A stretch of 64,000 nt of DNA from assembly GCA_963733295.1 (NCBI GenBank), contig CAVTCS010000003.1, forward strand, positions 448,001 to 512,000, in the 5' to 3' direction. The notes under the pieces were generated by a model. It saw only the letters and a program-made list of their open reading frames with translations. It made no database searches and had not been told where the DNA came from. A program made the translations under genes and the position numbers. The DNA is from Vulcanimicrobiota bacterium (GTDB taxonomy: Bacteria > Vulcanimicrobiota > Vulcanimicrobiia > Vulcanimicrobiales > Vulcanimicrobiaceae). Position 1 is the first letter of the stretch; every line of letters begins with the position of its first letter. This document shows positions 31,710 to 40,531 of this stretch, piece after piece.

Positions 31710-34118
31710 CTACGAGCGAATCAGCGCAAGCGCTTCGTCGCGGTGCCGCTCCATCGATTCCTTCGTATCGCCTTCGACGTTGAGTCGAAGGAGCGGCTCC
31801 GTGTTCGAGGGCCGCACGTTCATCCACCAATCGGAATACGAGATCGTCAGTCCGTCGAGGTGATCGATCTTCGCGTCCTTATAGCGTTCCTGGATCTCGC
31901 CGAGTTTCGCGGGGATGTCGCGCACGCGACTGTTGACCTCGCCCGAGCGAAAGCGCGTATCGATGGGCGCGACTACGGCACTGACCGGCGCGTGCGCTTC
32001 ACTGAAGACTTCCAGACACTGCAAGAGCGCGATCATGCCGGAATCCGCGAACCAGTTGCCGCGAAAGTAGAAGTGCCCGGAGTGCTCCCCGCCGAAAATG
32101 ACGTCCTCGTCGCGCATGATCTTTTTGATCAGCGAATGACCGACGGGGGAACGCCGCGGCACGCCGCCGGCGCGCTCGATCGCTTCGGGCACGCTCCGGC
32201 TGGAAATCAAGTTGTAGAGGATCTTCGCTCCGGGGTCGCGTTTGAGCGTGTTGATTCCGACCAGCGCGGTCACCATGTCGCCGCCGATCAGCCCGCCTTT
32301 TTCGTCGACGATGAACATGCGGTCGGCGTCGCCGTCAAAGGCGGCTCCCAAGTCGCACCCGTTCTCGATCACGGCCTTCTGCAGATCGACCATGTTCTCC
32401 GGCTCGATCGGGCTCGCCGGGTGGTTCGGGAAGGTTCCGTCGAGTTCGAAAAACAGCGGAATCACTTGGCACGGAAGGTGTTTGAAAACGTGCGGAACGG
32501 TGAGTCCCGCCATGCCGTTCCCCGCGTCGATCGCGATCTTGAACGGCTTGATCGTTGAGGGATCGATGAAGCTCAAGCAATGGCTCGCGAACTCATCCAG
32601 GATCTCTTTGTGCGAGATCGTCCCGCGGTGCTCCGCCGGCGGTCCGTACGTTCCGCTCGCCACCTGATCGCGAATTCGCGCGAGGCCGGTCTCGAGCGAG
32701 ATCGCTTGCGCGCGGTCGCGCGTGAACTTCATGCCGTTGTAGTTAGCCGGGTTGTGCGACGCCGTGATCATGACGCCGCCCGCGAAACCGTATTTTCCGA
32801 CCGCGAAGTAGAGTGCGTCGGTCGAGACGAGTCCGACGTCGGTGACGTCGGCGCCGGCCTCGTTCGCACCGCGCGCGAAGGCCTCGAAGAGCTTTTGGCC
32901 CGACGGGCGCATGTCGCGGCCTACCACGATCGACCCCAGTCCGAGTTGTTCGACGAACGCGCGCCCGATGCCGTACGCGATGTCGTCGTTGAATTCGTCC
33001 GGATAGATTCCGCGCACGTCGTAGCTCTTGAAGATCGAGCTGAGCCCGGCCATTGAGACACCGGCCGTCGAGACATCGGACGTCGAGACATCGGCCGGCG
33101 ACACGCCCGCGATCGAAACGTCGGGCTCGGCACTCGCCGCCGGCGCGGCGTCCGGGACGGTGACGAAGGCTTCGATCGCTTCGGCGCACTTCTCGGGCTC
33201 TTCTTCGAGTGGAAGGATGCCCGACGCGGGTAGCGTCACCAAATGCGCGTCCTTGGCGAGCCGCACGAATTCATGCGCGCGCTCGAGCGGGCTCGTTTTC
33301 GACGCGCGCTCGCCCCACAGAACCAAAAGCGGCGCTTCGACGAACGGGAGATCGCGCGCCACGTCACAGTTCAGCGCGCCGCCCAAGAAGTGCGCGGGCA
33401 CGAAGCGCGCCCCCGGTTGATGGGTGACCGCGTAGTAGTGGTCGAGAACTTCGGGCGTCACCGAGGCGGCCGACGCGTACGCCTGGTTGCGCAAGAAGCG
33501 CGCGATCGACGGCTTCGAGGCGAGTCCGTTGAAGGCACTTTCGCCTGCGACCGGAGAGCGAAAAAACGAGGTTGTCGCGCGACGTGCGAGGCTCGGTTCG
33601 GAGTCGAGAACTCCGAGGCCGGTGGGACAGCTCACGACGAGATGCTCGACCAGTTCGGGTACCCGTGTCGCCGCCCGGATGGCGTAGGCCGCGCCGAGCG
33701 AGGTCCCCACGAGCGTGAGCGGTTCGGTCGTGAATTCGCGGATCGCGTCCACGATCTGTTCGACGAACAGCTCGGCGCTATAGTCGACATCGGGCATTTC
33801 GGAGAGGCCGCAGCCCAGCAGATCGAAGGCGATGACCCGATGGCTCTCGCCGAGGATGGGCGCGATTTTGCGGAATTCGTACGACGAAGCGCCGGCGCCC
33901 AGGCCGTGCACGAGCAGCAGAGGCGGCCCCGCGCCCAGTTCGGTCGCGAAAATCTCGTGCCCGCGCCACTGCCACCGGCGCCGCACGCCGCCGATGTGAT
34001 CGACCGGCAGCGGCCCGCTCGCGCGTAGACCCCGGTTGACGAGCACTGCTGCCGCCCCGGTGAGTCCGATCGCCCCGAGCGGCCGGAGCAGTTTGCGAAA
34101 TTTTTCGAATGATCCCAC
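31710..34118 (-). CDS. Fusion of an alpha/beta-hydrolase-fold domain and a phosphomannomutase/phosphoglucomutase
   Basis: N-terminal half: LLVHGLG, AFDLLGCG, GTSLG. C-terminal half from MAGLSSIFKSYDVRG (33053): ITASHNP, DGDADR, GEHSGH, RPSNTEP. There is no stop between the halves. Confidence 0.85.
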   Translation of the reverse strand: MGSFEKFRKLLRPLGAIGLTGAAAVLVNRGLRASGPLPVDHIGGVRRRWQWRGHEIFATELGAGPPLLLVHGLGAGASSYEFRKIAPILGESHRVIAFDLLGCGLSEMPDVDYSAELFVEQIVDAIREFTTEPLTLVGTSLGAAYAIRAATRVPELVEHLVVSCPTGLGVLDSEPSLARRATTSFFRSPVAGESAFNGLASKPSIARFLRNQAYASAASVTPEVLDHYYAVTHQPGARFVPAHFLGGALNCDVARDLPFVEAPLLVLWGERASKTSPLERAHEFVRLAKDAHLVTLPASGILPLEEEPEKCAEAIEAFVTVPDAAPAASAEPDVSIAGVSPADVSTSDVSTAGVSMAGLSSIFKSYDVRGIYPDEFNDDIAYGIGRAFVEQLGLGSIVVGRDMRPSGQKLFEAFARGANEAGADVTDVGLVSTDALYFAVGKYGFAGGVMITASHNPANYNGMKFTRDRAQAISLETGLARIRDQVASGTYGPPAEHRGTISHKEILDEFASHCLSFIDPSTIKPFKIAIDAGNGMAGLTVPHVFKHLPCQVIPLFFELDGTFPNHPASPIEPENMVDLQKAVIENGCDLGAAFDGDADRMFIVDEKGGLIGGDMVTALVGINTLKRDPGAKILYNLISSRSVPEAIERAGGVPRRSPVGHSLIKKIMRDEDVIFGGEHSGHFYFRGNWFADSGMIALLQCLEVFSEAHAPVSAVVAPIDTRFRSGEVNSRVRDIPAKLGEIQERYKDAKIDHLDGLTISYSDWWMNVRPSNTEPLLRLNVEGDTKESMERHRDEALALIRS
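33040..33129 (-). repeat. Degenerate 15-bp tandem repeat (5-6 units) encoding the inter-domain linker
   Basis: Plus-strand units gagacaccggccgtc (33055), gagacatcggacgtc (33070), gagacatcggccggc (33085), gacacgcccgcgatc (33100) and gaaacgtcgggctcg (33115); they encode DVSIA-GVSPA-DVSTS-DVSTA-GVSMA. Confidence 0.85.
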
Positions 34119-34195
34119 ACGCGCCCTATTCGCTCAGGAGGCGGAGGGCCTTGCGGCTGGGTTTCAGCTTCGCCAGTGTTGGAAATAGAGTCCGT

Positions 34196-34657
34196 GTGCT
34201 AAAACGCCGGCCGGGGCGGTCCCACGGCGGAAGGTTGTTATTCGGCACCGCTCTGGCGGTGTGGTTCGGCTTGCCATTTCCGCTCGAAGCGCGAGCCGAT
34301 AGCTGCTGGCCGGTCACGAGCGGCAGCCGGGTTTCGCTTATGTCGGACGCTAAGGATCCCGACGTGTTTCTGTGGGATTCCCGCGAGCGTCTGATCGACT
34401 ATTCCGCCGGGGAGTGGGGCGACGCGCAGGCGATTTTCGCGCACACGATCCTAGCGCGACCGGGAACCCCCGCCGTGGTCGTCAGTTGCGAGTCCGGCGT
34501 CGCTCATCCGCGGTTCCAATCCGGTTCCCGGGACGCGATCGGCGTCCGGATCATGTCGGGGCCCTACCGGGGGCGTTTCGGTTGGGTTCTTTCGAGCGAC
34601 ATTCACCCGCTGCGCGGCCCGCACGACTCGAGCGTCGTCGGAACGCCGCGAAACTGA
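34196..34657 (+). CDS. Hypothetical secreted protein
   Basis: GTG at 34196 (start uncertain); a basic then hydrophobic leader ending ARA, followed by a protein-like Trp/Cys-containing domain. Confidence 0.6.
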   Translation: MLKRRPGRSHGGRLLFGTALAVWFGLPFPLEARADSCWPVTSGSRVSLMSDAKDPDVFLWDSRERLIDYSAGEWGDAQAIFAHTILARPGTPAVVVSCESGVAHPRFQSGSRDAIGVRIMSGPYRGRFGWVLSSDIHPLRGPHDSSVVGTPRN

Positions 34658-35425
34658 CGGACCGCTCGGAACGACGGTCAGCACACCTTCCCGCTCGAAT
34701 TGCGTGAAGGCGATTCCGTAGGCCCGTTCGAGGATCGCCGGGTCGAGCGCGTCCGGCGGTGCGCCGTCGGCTAAAAGCTCGCCCGCGGCGACGACGAGAA
34801 TCCGGTCGGCAGCGGCGGCCTGCGTGAGGTCGTGGAGCACCGCGACGACGCTGCGCGCCCCCCGTGCGAGCGTGAGTAGCAGACTCAAGATTTCGTGCGC
34901 GAAGCGCGGATCGAGGTGACTCGTCGGCTCGTCGACGAGGACGACGCTCGCTTCTTGCGCGAGCGCGAGCGCGAGCCGAGCGCGTTGCCGTTCGCCCGAG
35001 CTAAGCGTTTCGAACGGCCGCTCCGAGCAGCCTTCGAGATCGACGTGACGCAGCGCCACGTCGACGCAGCGGCGATCGCTCTCGCGCTCGCCCCACTCCC
35101 ACCAGTCGCGGTGGGCGAAGCGCCCCGTCGCAACGACATCGCGAGTGCTCGTTCCGTAGGGCAACTCGCTTTCGCTTCCGAGCAGCGTTACGCTGCGCGC
35201 GCGCTCGCGCGCCGAGAGGCGATGAACCGGCGCACCGTCGATCGTCACCTCGCCTGCCAGCGGCCGGATGAAGCCCGCGATGGTGCGCAGAAGCGTCGTC
35301 TTGCCGGCGCCGTTCGGTCCCACGATCGCGACGAATTCTCCCGGCGCGACCTCGAAGCTGATGTTCTCGAACAACGTGCGCGTTCCGGCGGCGACGCGCA
35401 CGTCGCGCAGCGCTACGTGCCCCAC
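34451..35425 (-). CDS. Cobalamin/iron-siderophore ABC ATPase (BtuD/FepC-like)
   Basis: GPNGAGKTT, LSSGERQR, DEPTSHLD and VLHDL; last gene of the riboswitch-led operon, with a C-terminal tail overlapping the opposite ORF. Confidence 0.88.
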   Translation of the reverse strand: MGHVALRDVRVAAGTRTLFENISFEVAPGEFVAIVGPNGAGKTTLLRTIAGFIRPLAGEVTIDGAPVHRLSARERARSVTLLGSESELPYGTSTRDVVATGRFAHRDWWEWGERESDRRCVDVALRHVDLEGCSERPFETLSSGERQRARLALALAQEASVVLVDEPTSHLDPRFAHEILSLLLTLARGARSVVAVLHDLTQAAAADRILVVAAGELLADGAPPDALDPAILERAYGIAFTQFEREGVLTVVPSGPSVSRRSDDARVVRAAQRVNVARKNPTETPPVGPRHDPDADRVPGTGLEPRMSDAGLATDDHGGGSRSR

Positions 35426-36411
35426 ATTCGCGTCGCCGAGGCGGGACGGAGATAGAGGTAGAGAAACGTCGGGACGCCGATGATCGCCAGCAGCACGCCG
35501 AGCGGGATTTCAGCCGGCGCCCACAGCGTTCTACTCGCCGCGTCGGCCAGCGGCACGAGTGCTGCGCCGAGCAGAGCACTCGCCACGAGGGCCTTGCGCC
35601 CGTCGGTCCCAAGCAGGCGCCGCGCGAGATGCGGAACGATGAGGCCGACGAAACCAATCGTTCCCGCGAGCGCGACCGCCGCCGCGGTGAGCAGCGTGGC
35701 CGCGCTCAGGATCATCCAGTTCGCGCGCGCGACGTCGAGCCCGACGGCTCGCGCCACGTCGTCGCCGAGACGCAGCGCGTTGAGCGCGGGAACGACGGCC
35801 AGGGCGAGTCCGATCCCGGCGAGCGCATAGGGAGCTGCCCAAAGCAGTTCGTTCCAGCCGCGCCCGGCGATCGAGCCCGCGAGCCACGCGAGAATCGTCG
35901 ACGAACTCGCGCGTCCGACGCGCGTGAGGGCGAGCGCGACGAACGCCGAGAAAAGCGCCGAGAGCGAAATGCCTGCGAGGATCAAACGCTCCGCGTCGAG
36001 GCCGCTTCCGCGACGCGCCAGAAAGGCGACCGCGAGTGCGGTCGCGAGGCCCGCCGCAAATCCGAGCGCCGGAACGAACGGAATCGCAACTCCGGCGGCG
36101 ATCGCGAGCGCGGTCGCGAGCGCCGCCCCCGAACTGATCCCGGTCAAGAACGGATCGACTAGCGGATTGCGCAGCATACCTTGCAGTAGGAAGCCCGAGA
36201 CGGCGAGCGCGGCGCCGACGAGCGCCGCGATACAGACGCGCGGCGCGCGTAACTGCCAGACGATGGTGGCCACGTCGCCGCTTGCGTGCGGATGGAGAAG
36301 CGTCCAAGCGACGGTCGCAACCGGAAGCTCGCTGCCGCCCACGAAAAGGCCCAGCAGCATCGCAGCACAGGCTGCGAGCGCCAGACATCCGAGGCGCAGC
36401 GCGACGGTCAT
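35413..36411 (-). CDS. btuC: Cobalamin ABC permease (BtuC/FecCD family)
   Basis: IVWQLRAPR, LRNPLVDP, GFVGLIVPH and EIPLG. Confidence 0.85.
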   Translation of the reverse strand: MTVALRLGCLALAACAAMLLGLFVGGSELPVATVAWTLLHPHASGDVATIVWQLRAPRVCIAALVGAALAVSGFLLQGMLRNPLVDPFLTGISSGAALATALAIAAGVAIPFVPALGFAAGLATALAVAFLARRGSGLDAERLILAGISLSALFSAFVALALTRVGRASSSTILAWLAGSIAGRGWNELLWAAPYALAGIGLALAVVPALNALRLGDDVARAVGLDVARANWMILSAATLLTAAAVALAGTIGFVGLIVPHLARRLLGTDGRKALVASALLGAALVPLADAASRTLWAPAEIPLGVLLAIIGVPTFLYLYLRPASATRMWGT

Positions 36412-38330
36412 CGCGTGGAGACTTCGACAAAAACGCGCCGTCCCGGTGCCGGATAGCCGAAAACCGGCGCGTACTGGGTGTTGCCGAGGTTGAAGCCCCG
36501 AACCGTCAGGATCGCATGGGGCGCGAGCTGGTAGCGTACGTACGCGTCGAAGGTGCTGTAGGCATCGTAGTTTTGCGCTAGCGGCGAGACGCTGGCGGCG
36601 TCGTCGCCGTCGGATCCCATGACGACCCAGTTGAAGCCGTAGGCGAACTTCGTGGCCCCGAACGGATGGGTGAGCGCGAGGGTTGTCTGACCCACCGGGT
36701 TGTGGGGAAGTCGCGCGCCGGTCACTTGATCGATCGCGAGATAGAGATCGGTGTAGCTCGCTTCGACCGCGAGACCGCGATAGAGACGCGAGGTCGCCGT
36801 CAACGCGACGCCCGCCGTCGAGGCGCGCTGCGCGTTGACCGGAAGAAAGAGCGGCGGCGCGAACACGATGAAGTTCGAACCGTTGCGGTCGAACCAGCCG
36901 GCTGAAAACGTTACCGGGCGAGTCTCGTACGCGACGGTCACGTCGGCCGTCTGCGCCTTTTCGGGCAACAAATTGGGATTCGAGAAGCCGGGATAGTACA
37001 GATCGCTGAGCGTCGGGACGATGAACGATTCGCCGACGTTACCTGCGAAGCGGAAGTTGCCGGCGTTAATGATGCCACCGAAGGACGGTGCGAGAAGAGA
37101 TCCCGCCGGCGAATCGTTTTCGCCCCGTAAACCCACGGTGAAACGGCTTCCCGCGAACGGCGAGGCGCCGATTTGAAAATATGCGGCGCTTTGAGCCTGC
37201 GCGCTGCCGAATCCGTGGGCCGGAATCGGTGAGGCGCTCGGCTGAGGTACCGCAGGAAAGGTGAACACGCCGCTCGAGCGCGAGAGATCGATCCCGACGG
37301 TGGCGTCGAGCAGTTTGCCTGAGATGACGTCCTTGAGCGAGATCTGACTCCGTCCGGTGTAGGTATCGCTCTCGCCGCCGTTCCCAATCGGATCGTTGTA
37401 GGCGAGTCGTGTGTCGGACCCGGTCACCGTCAAACTCAAGCGCGAGCTCGCGACATCGCGCTCGACTTCGAACAAGCCGCTATCGTACGACGTATCTTGG
37501 GTTGCGGTCGTCGACGGAAAGTAGAGACTTCCCGGGACGCCGACGTCGCTGGCCGAGGCGTCGAGGCGTCCGCGCACGACGAAACCGTCGGACAGCGGAA
37601 CGTTGAAGTTCAATCTTCCGGCGCTCATATCGCCATAGGCGAAGTCGCGCACGCCGCCGGGGAACGTCGTACCCGGACCGTACGCAAAGCCCGGATACGG
37701 GTAATCGTTGGTCGCGACGTGCCGTTCGAGCGTTAAGCCGACGTCTTGCGTTCCGAAGCCGGCCCGAAAGTCGCGATCGCCGTACGAACCGGCCGAGGCT
37801 TCGAGGTATTCGCCGCGCGGCACGCTCGTGATGATGTTGATCACGCCGCCGGCAGCGCTCGTTCCGTAGAGCGTCGAAGAGCCGCTCTCGACGACTTCGA
37901 TGCGGCTCACGCCGATCGTCGAAAACTGACCCAGTTGCACCGTGCCTTGCGTCGGATCGGTGACGGGAAATCCATCCACGAGCACCAACGTCTGCTCGGA
38001 GGATGCGCCGCGAATCCCGTAACCGACTTGCGCGCCGAAGGGCCCGTACGCGAACAGATCGACTCCGGGAACTCCAACGAGAGCGTCGGCGACGGTGCGC
38101 GACCCGAACGCGTCGATGCGCGCGCGGTCGACGACGAAGGTCGGCTTCGAATCCTGTCCGATCGGTTCGAGGTGCCGGTCGGCGGTCGTGACGGAGCCGA
38201 TCTGTTGCAAGGTCAAGTCCGAACCCGGCGACGGGCTCGGGGAAGGGACCGCGACCGTTTCGGCTTGCGCCGGAGATGCTGCGGTCAGAAGAGCGGCCGC
38301 CAAGGCGCCGCCACGAGCGAGTCTCAACAC
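36408..38330 (-). CDS. btuB: TonB-dependent outer-membrane receptor, probably for cobalamin (BtuB-like)
   Basis: Signal peptide; plug motifs IRG...TLVLVDG and RIEVV...LYG...GGVINIIT; C-terminal GYPAPGR; directly downstream of a cobalamin riboswitch. Confidence 0.82.
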   Translation of the reverse strand: MLRLARGGALAAALLTAASPAQAETVAVPSPSPSPGSDLTLQQIGSVTTADRHLEPIGQDSKPTFVVDRARIDAFGSRTVADALVGVPGVDLFAYGPFGAQVGYGIRGASSEQTLVLVDGFPVTDPTQGTVQLGQFSTIGVSRIEVVESGSSTLYGTSAAGGVINIITSVPRGEYLEASAGSYGDRDFRAGFGTQDVGLTLERHVATNDYPYPGFAYGPGTTFPGGVRDFAYGDMSAGRLNFNVPLSDGFVVRGRLDASASDVGVPGSLYFPSTTATQDTSYDSGLFEVERDVASSRLSLTVTGSDTRLAYNDPIGNGGESDTYTGRSQISLKDVISGKLLDATVGIDLSRSSGVFTFPAVPQPSASPIPAHGFGSAQAQSAAYFQIGASPFAGSRFTVGLRGENDSPAGSLLAPSFGGIINAGNFRFAGNVGESFIVPTLSDLYYPGFSNPNLLPEKAQTADVTVAYETRPVTFSAGWFDRNGSNFIVFAPPLFLPVNAQRASTAGVALTATSRLYRGLAVEASYTDLYLAIDQVTGARLPHNPVGQTTLALTHPFGATKFAYGFNWVVMGSDGDDAASVSPLAQNYDAYSTFDAYVRYQLAPHAILTVRGFNLGNTQYAPVFGYPAPGRRVFVEVSTR

Positions 38331-38371
38331 GTTAGCCCAACCTTTACGCGAGGTGGTAAGTAACGCGTCCG

Positions 38372-38515
38372 CTCGAGTATCCTGACTCGCGGATCGATGC
38401 CTTCGTTCCCGTAACCTTCCCGCCGTTTCCGGCAGTGGTTCCGAGCGGCTCCCCGCTTACAGTGGCGCGACCGTCCCGGACTCTCACCGGGTTCCTCGTT
38501 CGCGAACGCCTCAAC
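38372..38515 (-). ncRNA. Cobalamin (B12) riboswitch
   Basis: The minus strand reads GAGGAA-CCCGGTGAGAGTCCGGG-ACGGTCGC-GCCACTGTAA...CCACTG-CCGGAAACGG-CGGGAAGG...GAGTCAGGATAC. These are the GGAA/GGTG.RA.TCC, GCCACTGT, CCACTG, GGGAAGG and B12-box elements, ending about 40 nt before the btuB GTG. Confidence 0.93.
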
Positions 38516-38604
38516 GTTAGATATGCGCCGTGAGCGCACTCTCCTGTGCTGCCGCACGAGCTTCGCCAGGCGCCGCGGCAGCCGGGCCGAACCGGTCTCT
38601 CATC

Positions 38605-39432
38605 ATGGTGCTCCTGCGGGGTGCGGTGCTTGCCGGGCTGATGGCCCTCGCAGCGTTCGCGCCGGCGGATTCGCAAACGAAGCCGCGCATCGTCTCGCTG
38701 ATCCCGTCGCTGACCGAAGATCTCTTCGCTATCGGCGCCGGGCCGCAGGTCGTCGGCGTTTCGGCGTGGACCGATTTTCCGCCGCAGGCGACGCACTTGC
38801 CGGTCATCGGAAGCGCGTCGTCGGTCGACACCGAGCAGGTGCTGCGCCTGCATCCGGACGCGGTGGTCGGCATTCCCGCGCAAGCCCCGCTCGTCGCCGA
38901 TCTGCGGCGAGCCGGACTACGGCCCGCTCTGCTCGCCGACGACTCCTACGATGACATCTTTCGCGACCTCAGTCAGCTCGGTCGCATCAGCGGTCACGCG
39001 AGCGAAGCGGCCGCACTCGAGACGCGCTTGCGCGCGCGAACGGCCGAGCTCGAGCACAGCGTGCGGGGGACGTCGCGGCCGCGCGTGTTCGTGGTTCTCG
39101 GCGTCGCTCCGATCTACACCGTGTCCGACAGTTCGTACATCGCGGAGTTGATCGCGCTTGCCGGCGGACGCAACGCCGCCGGAAACTTGAAGGACGTCTA
39201 CCCGCGGTTCAGCGCCGAAGCGTTGGTTGCGCTGCAACCCGACGCGATCGTCGCCGACAGCCAGAGCGGGCTCGCCGGCGTCCTCGATCGCGCTCCGTGG
39301 AACGCTCTGCGCGCGGTGCGCGAACGGCGCGTGTACGTTCTCGACGACGCAGCTCTGCTCGAGCGGCCGGGACCCCGTTACAACGAAGGCCTGGCCTGGC
39401 TGATCGCTCGTTTGCACCCGCATGGCACGTAG
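38605..39432 (+). CDS. btuF: Cobalamin-binding periplasmic protein (BtuF-like, helical-backbone family)
   Basis: Signal peptide from ATG 38605; RIVSLIPSLTEDLFAIGAG, LAGGRN and ERPGPR; divergent from btuB. Confidence 0.82.
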   Translation: MVLLRGAVLAGLMALAAFAPADSQTKPRIVSLIPSLTEDLFAIGAGPQVVGVSAWTDFPPQATHLPVIGSASSVDTEQVLRLHPDAVVGIPAQAPLVADLRRAGLRPALLADDSYDDIFRDLSQLGRISGHASEAAALETRLRARTAELEHSVRGTSRPRVFVVLGVAPIYTVSDSSYIAELIALAGGRNAAGNLKDVYPRFSAEALVALQPDAIVADSQSGLAGVLDRAPWNALRAVRERRVYVLDDAALLERPGPRYNEGLAWLIARLHPHGT

Positions 39433-40531
39433 CAGTCAACTCGCCGCGCCGCCCCAGGAGCGCGGTCTCGTCGTCGCCGTCGACGTGCGCGATCCAAAGC
39501 GTCCGCTCGAACCCGAGCTCGCGGAGTACGAAGCTTTGATTCGCGCCGCCGGGGCAGCGGTCGCGGGACGAGTCGTGCAGCGTCTCGACGCACCCGACCC
39601 GGCGACGCTGCTCGGCAGCGGCAAAGCGCACGAGATCGCAAACCTGGCGAAAGAACTCGAGGCGACGACGCTCTTCGTCTTCAACGACTTGCGTCCGCGC
39701 CAGCGTACGAACCTGGGCAAGATCGTTCCGATCCCGATCGTCGATCGAACCACCGTGATCCTCGACATCTTCGCGCAACGCGCGCGCAGCCGCGAAGGTA
39801 AGTTGCAGGTCGAGCTGGCGCAGTTGCGGCACTCGCAAGCCAACCTCATCGGCGCGAATACCGCCCTCTCGCGTCTCGGCGGCGGTGTCGGTACGCGCGG
39901 TCCCGGCGAAACGAAGCTCGAAGTCGACCGGCGCCGCATCCAAGCGCGCATCTCGGTTCTGCGCGAGCAACTCGAAGACGTGCGCCGCGCGCGAGAAACG
40001 CGCCGTGCGCCGTCGGGCGCGATCCCGCTCGTCGCGCTCGTCGGCTACACGAACGTCGGAAAATCCTCGCTGCTCAATCGGCTCTCGCACGCTCGAGGCG
40101 ACGCCGGCGCGTTCGTTGCGGATCAGCCCTTTGCGACGCTCGACCCGACGCTGCGCCGCGTCTACCTCGAGCCTGGCCTCTACGTGCGGCTCGCCGACAC
40201 CGTCGGTTTCATCACCGATCTGCCGAAAGAGCTCGTCAACGCCTTTCGCGCGACGCTCGAAGAGCTCGATCAGGCGGACGTGCTAGTCCACGTGCTCGAC
40301 GCTTCGAACGCGGATTGGCCGCGTCAACGCGCCAGCGTCGAGGGAATTCTGCACGATCTCAAGCTCGACGCCAAGCCGACCGTCCTCGCGTTCAACAAGA
40401 GCGACGTGCGCGACCCGCACGCCGGACCGCTGCCGCCCGGTTCGATCGCGATCTCAGCGCGAACCGGTGACGGGCTCGAGCAACTGCGTGGCGCGATCGC
40501 CGCCTCTCTCGCTGCGAGCGCACACGCGTGA
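39422..40531 (+). CDS. hflX: GTPase HflX
   Basis: DRTTVILDIFAQRARSREGKLQVELAQL, GPGETKLE, GYTNVGKS, FATLDPT, DTVGF and NKSD. Confidence 0.95.
   Translation: MARSSQLAAPPQERGLVVAVDVRDPKRPLEPELAEYEALIRAAGAAVAGRVVQRLDAPDPATLLGSGKAHEIANLAKELEATTLFVFNDLRPRQRTNLGKIVPIPIVDRTTVILDIFAQRARSREGKLQVELAQLRHSQANLIGANTALSRLGGGVGTRGPGETKLEVDRRRIQARISVLREQLEDVRRARETRRAPSGAIPLVALVGYTNVGKSSLLNRLSHARGDAGAFVADQPFATLDPTLRRVYLEPGLYVRLADTVGFITDLPKELVNAFRATLEELDQADVLVHVLDASNADWPRQRASVEGILHDLKLDAKPTVLAFNKSDVRDPHAGPLPPGSIAISARTGDGLEQLRGAIAASLAASAHA

Noticed and set aside
29159..32558. Long plus-strand ORFs (799 aa and 371 aa) and similar long alternative-frame ORFs such as 566-2203 and 3723-5486
   Set aside because: They have no motifs and lie opposite or out of frame to well-supported genes. 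Such ORFs are expected from the scarcity of stops in GC-rich DNA.
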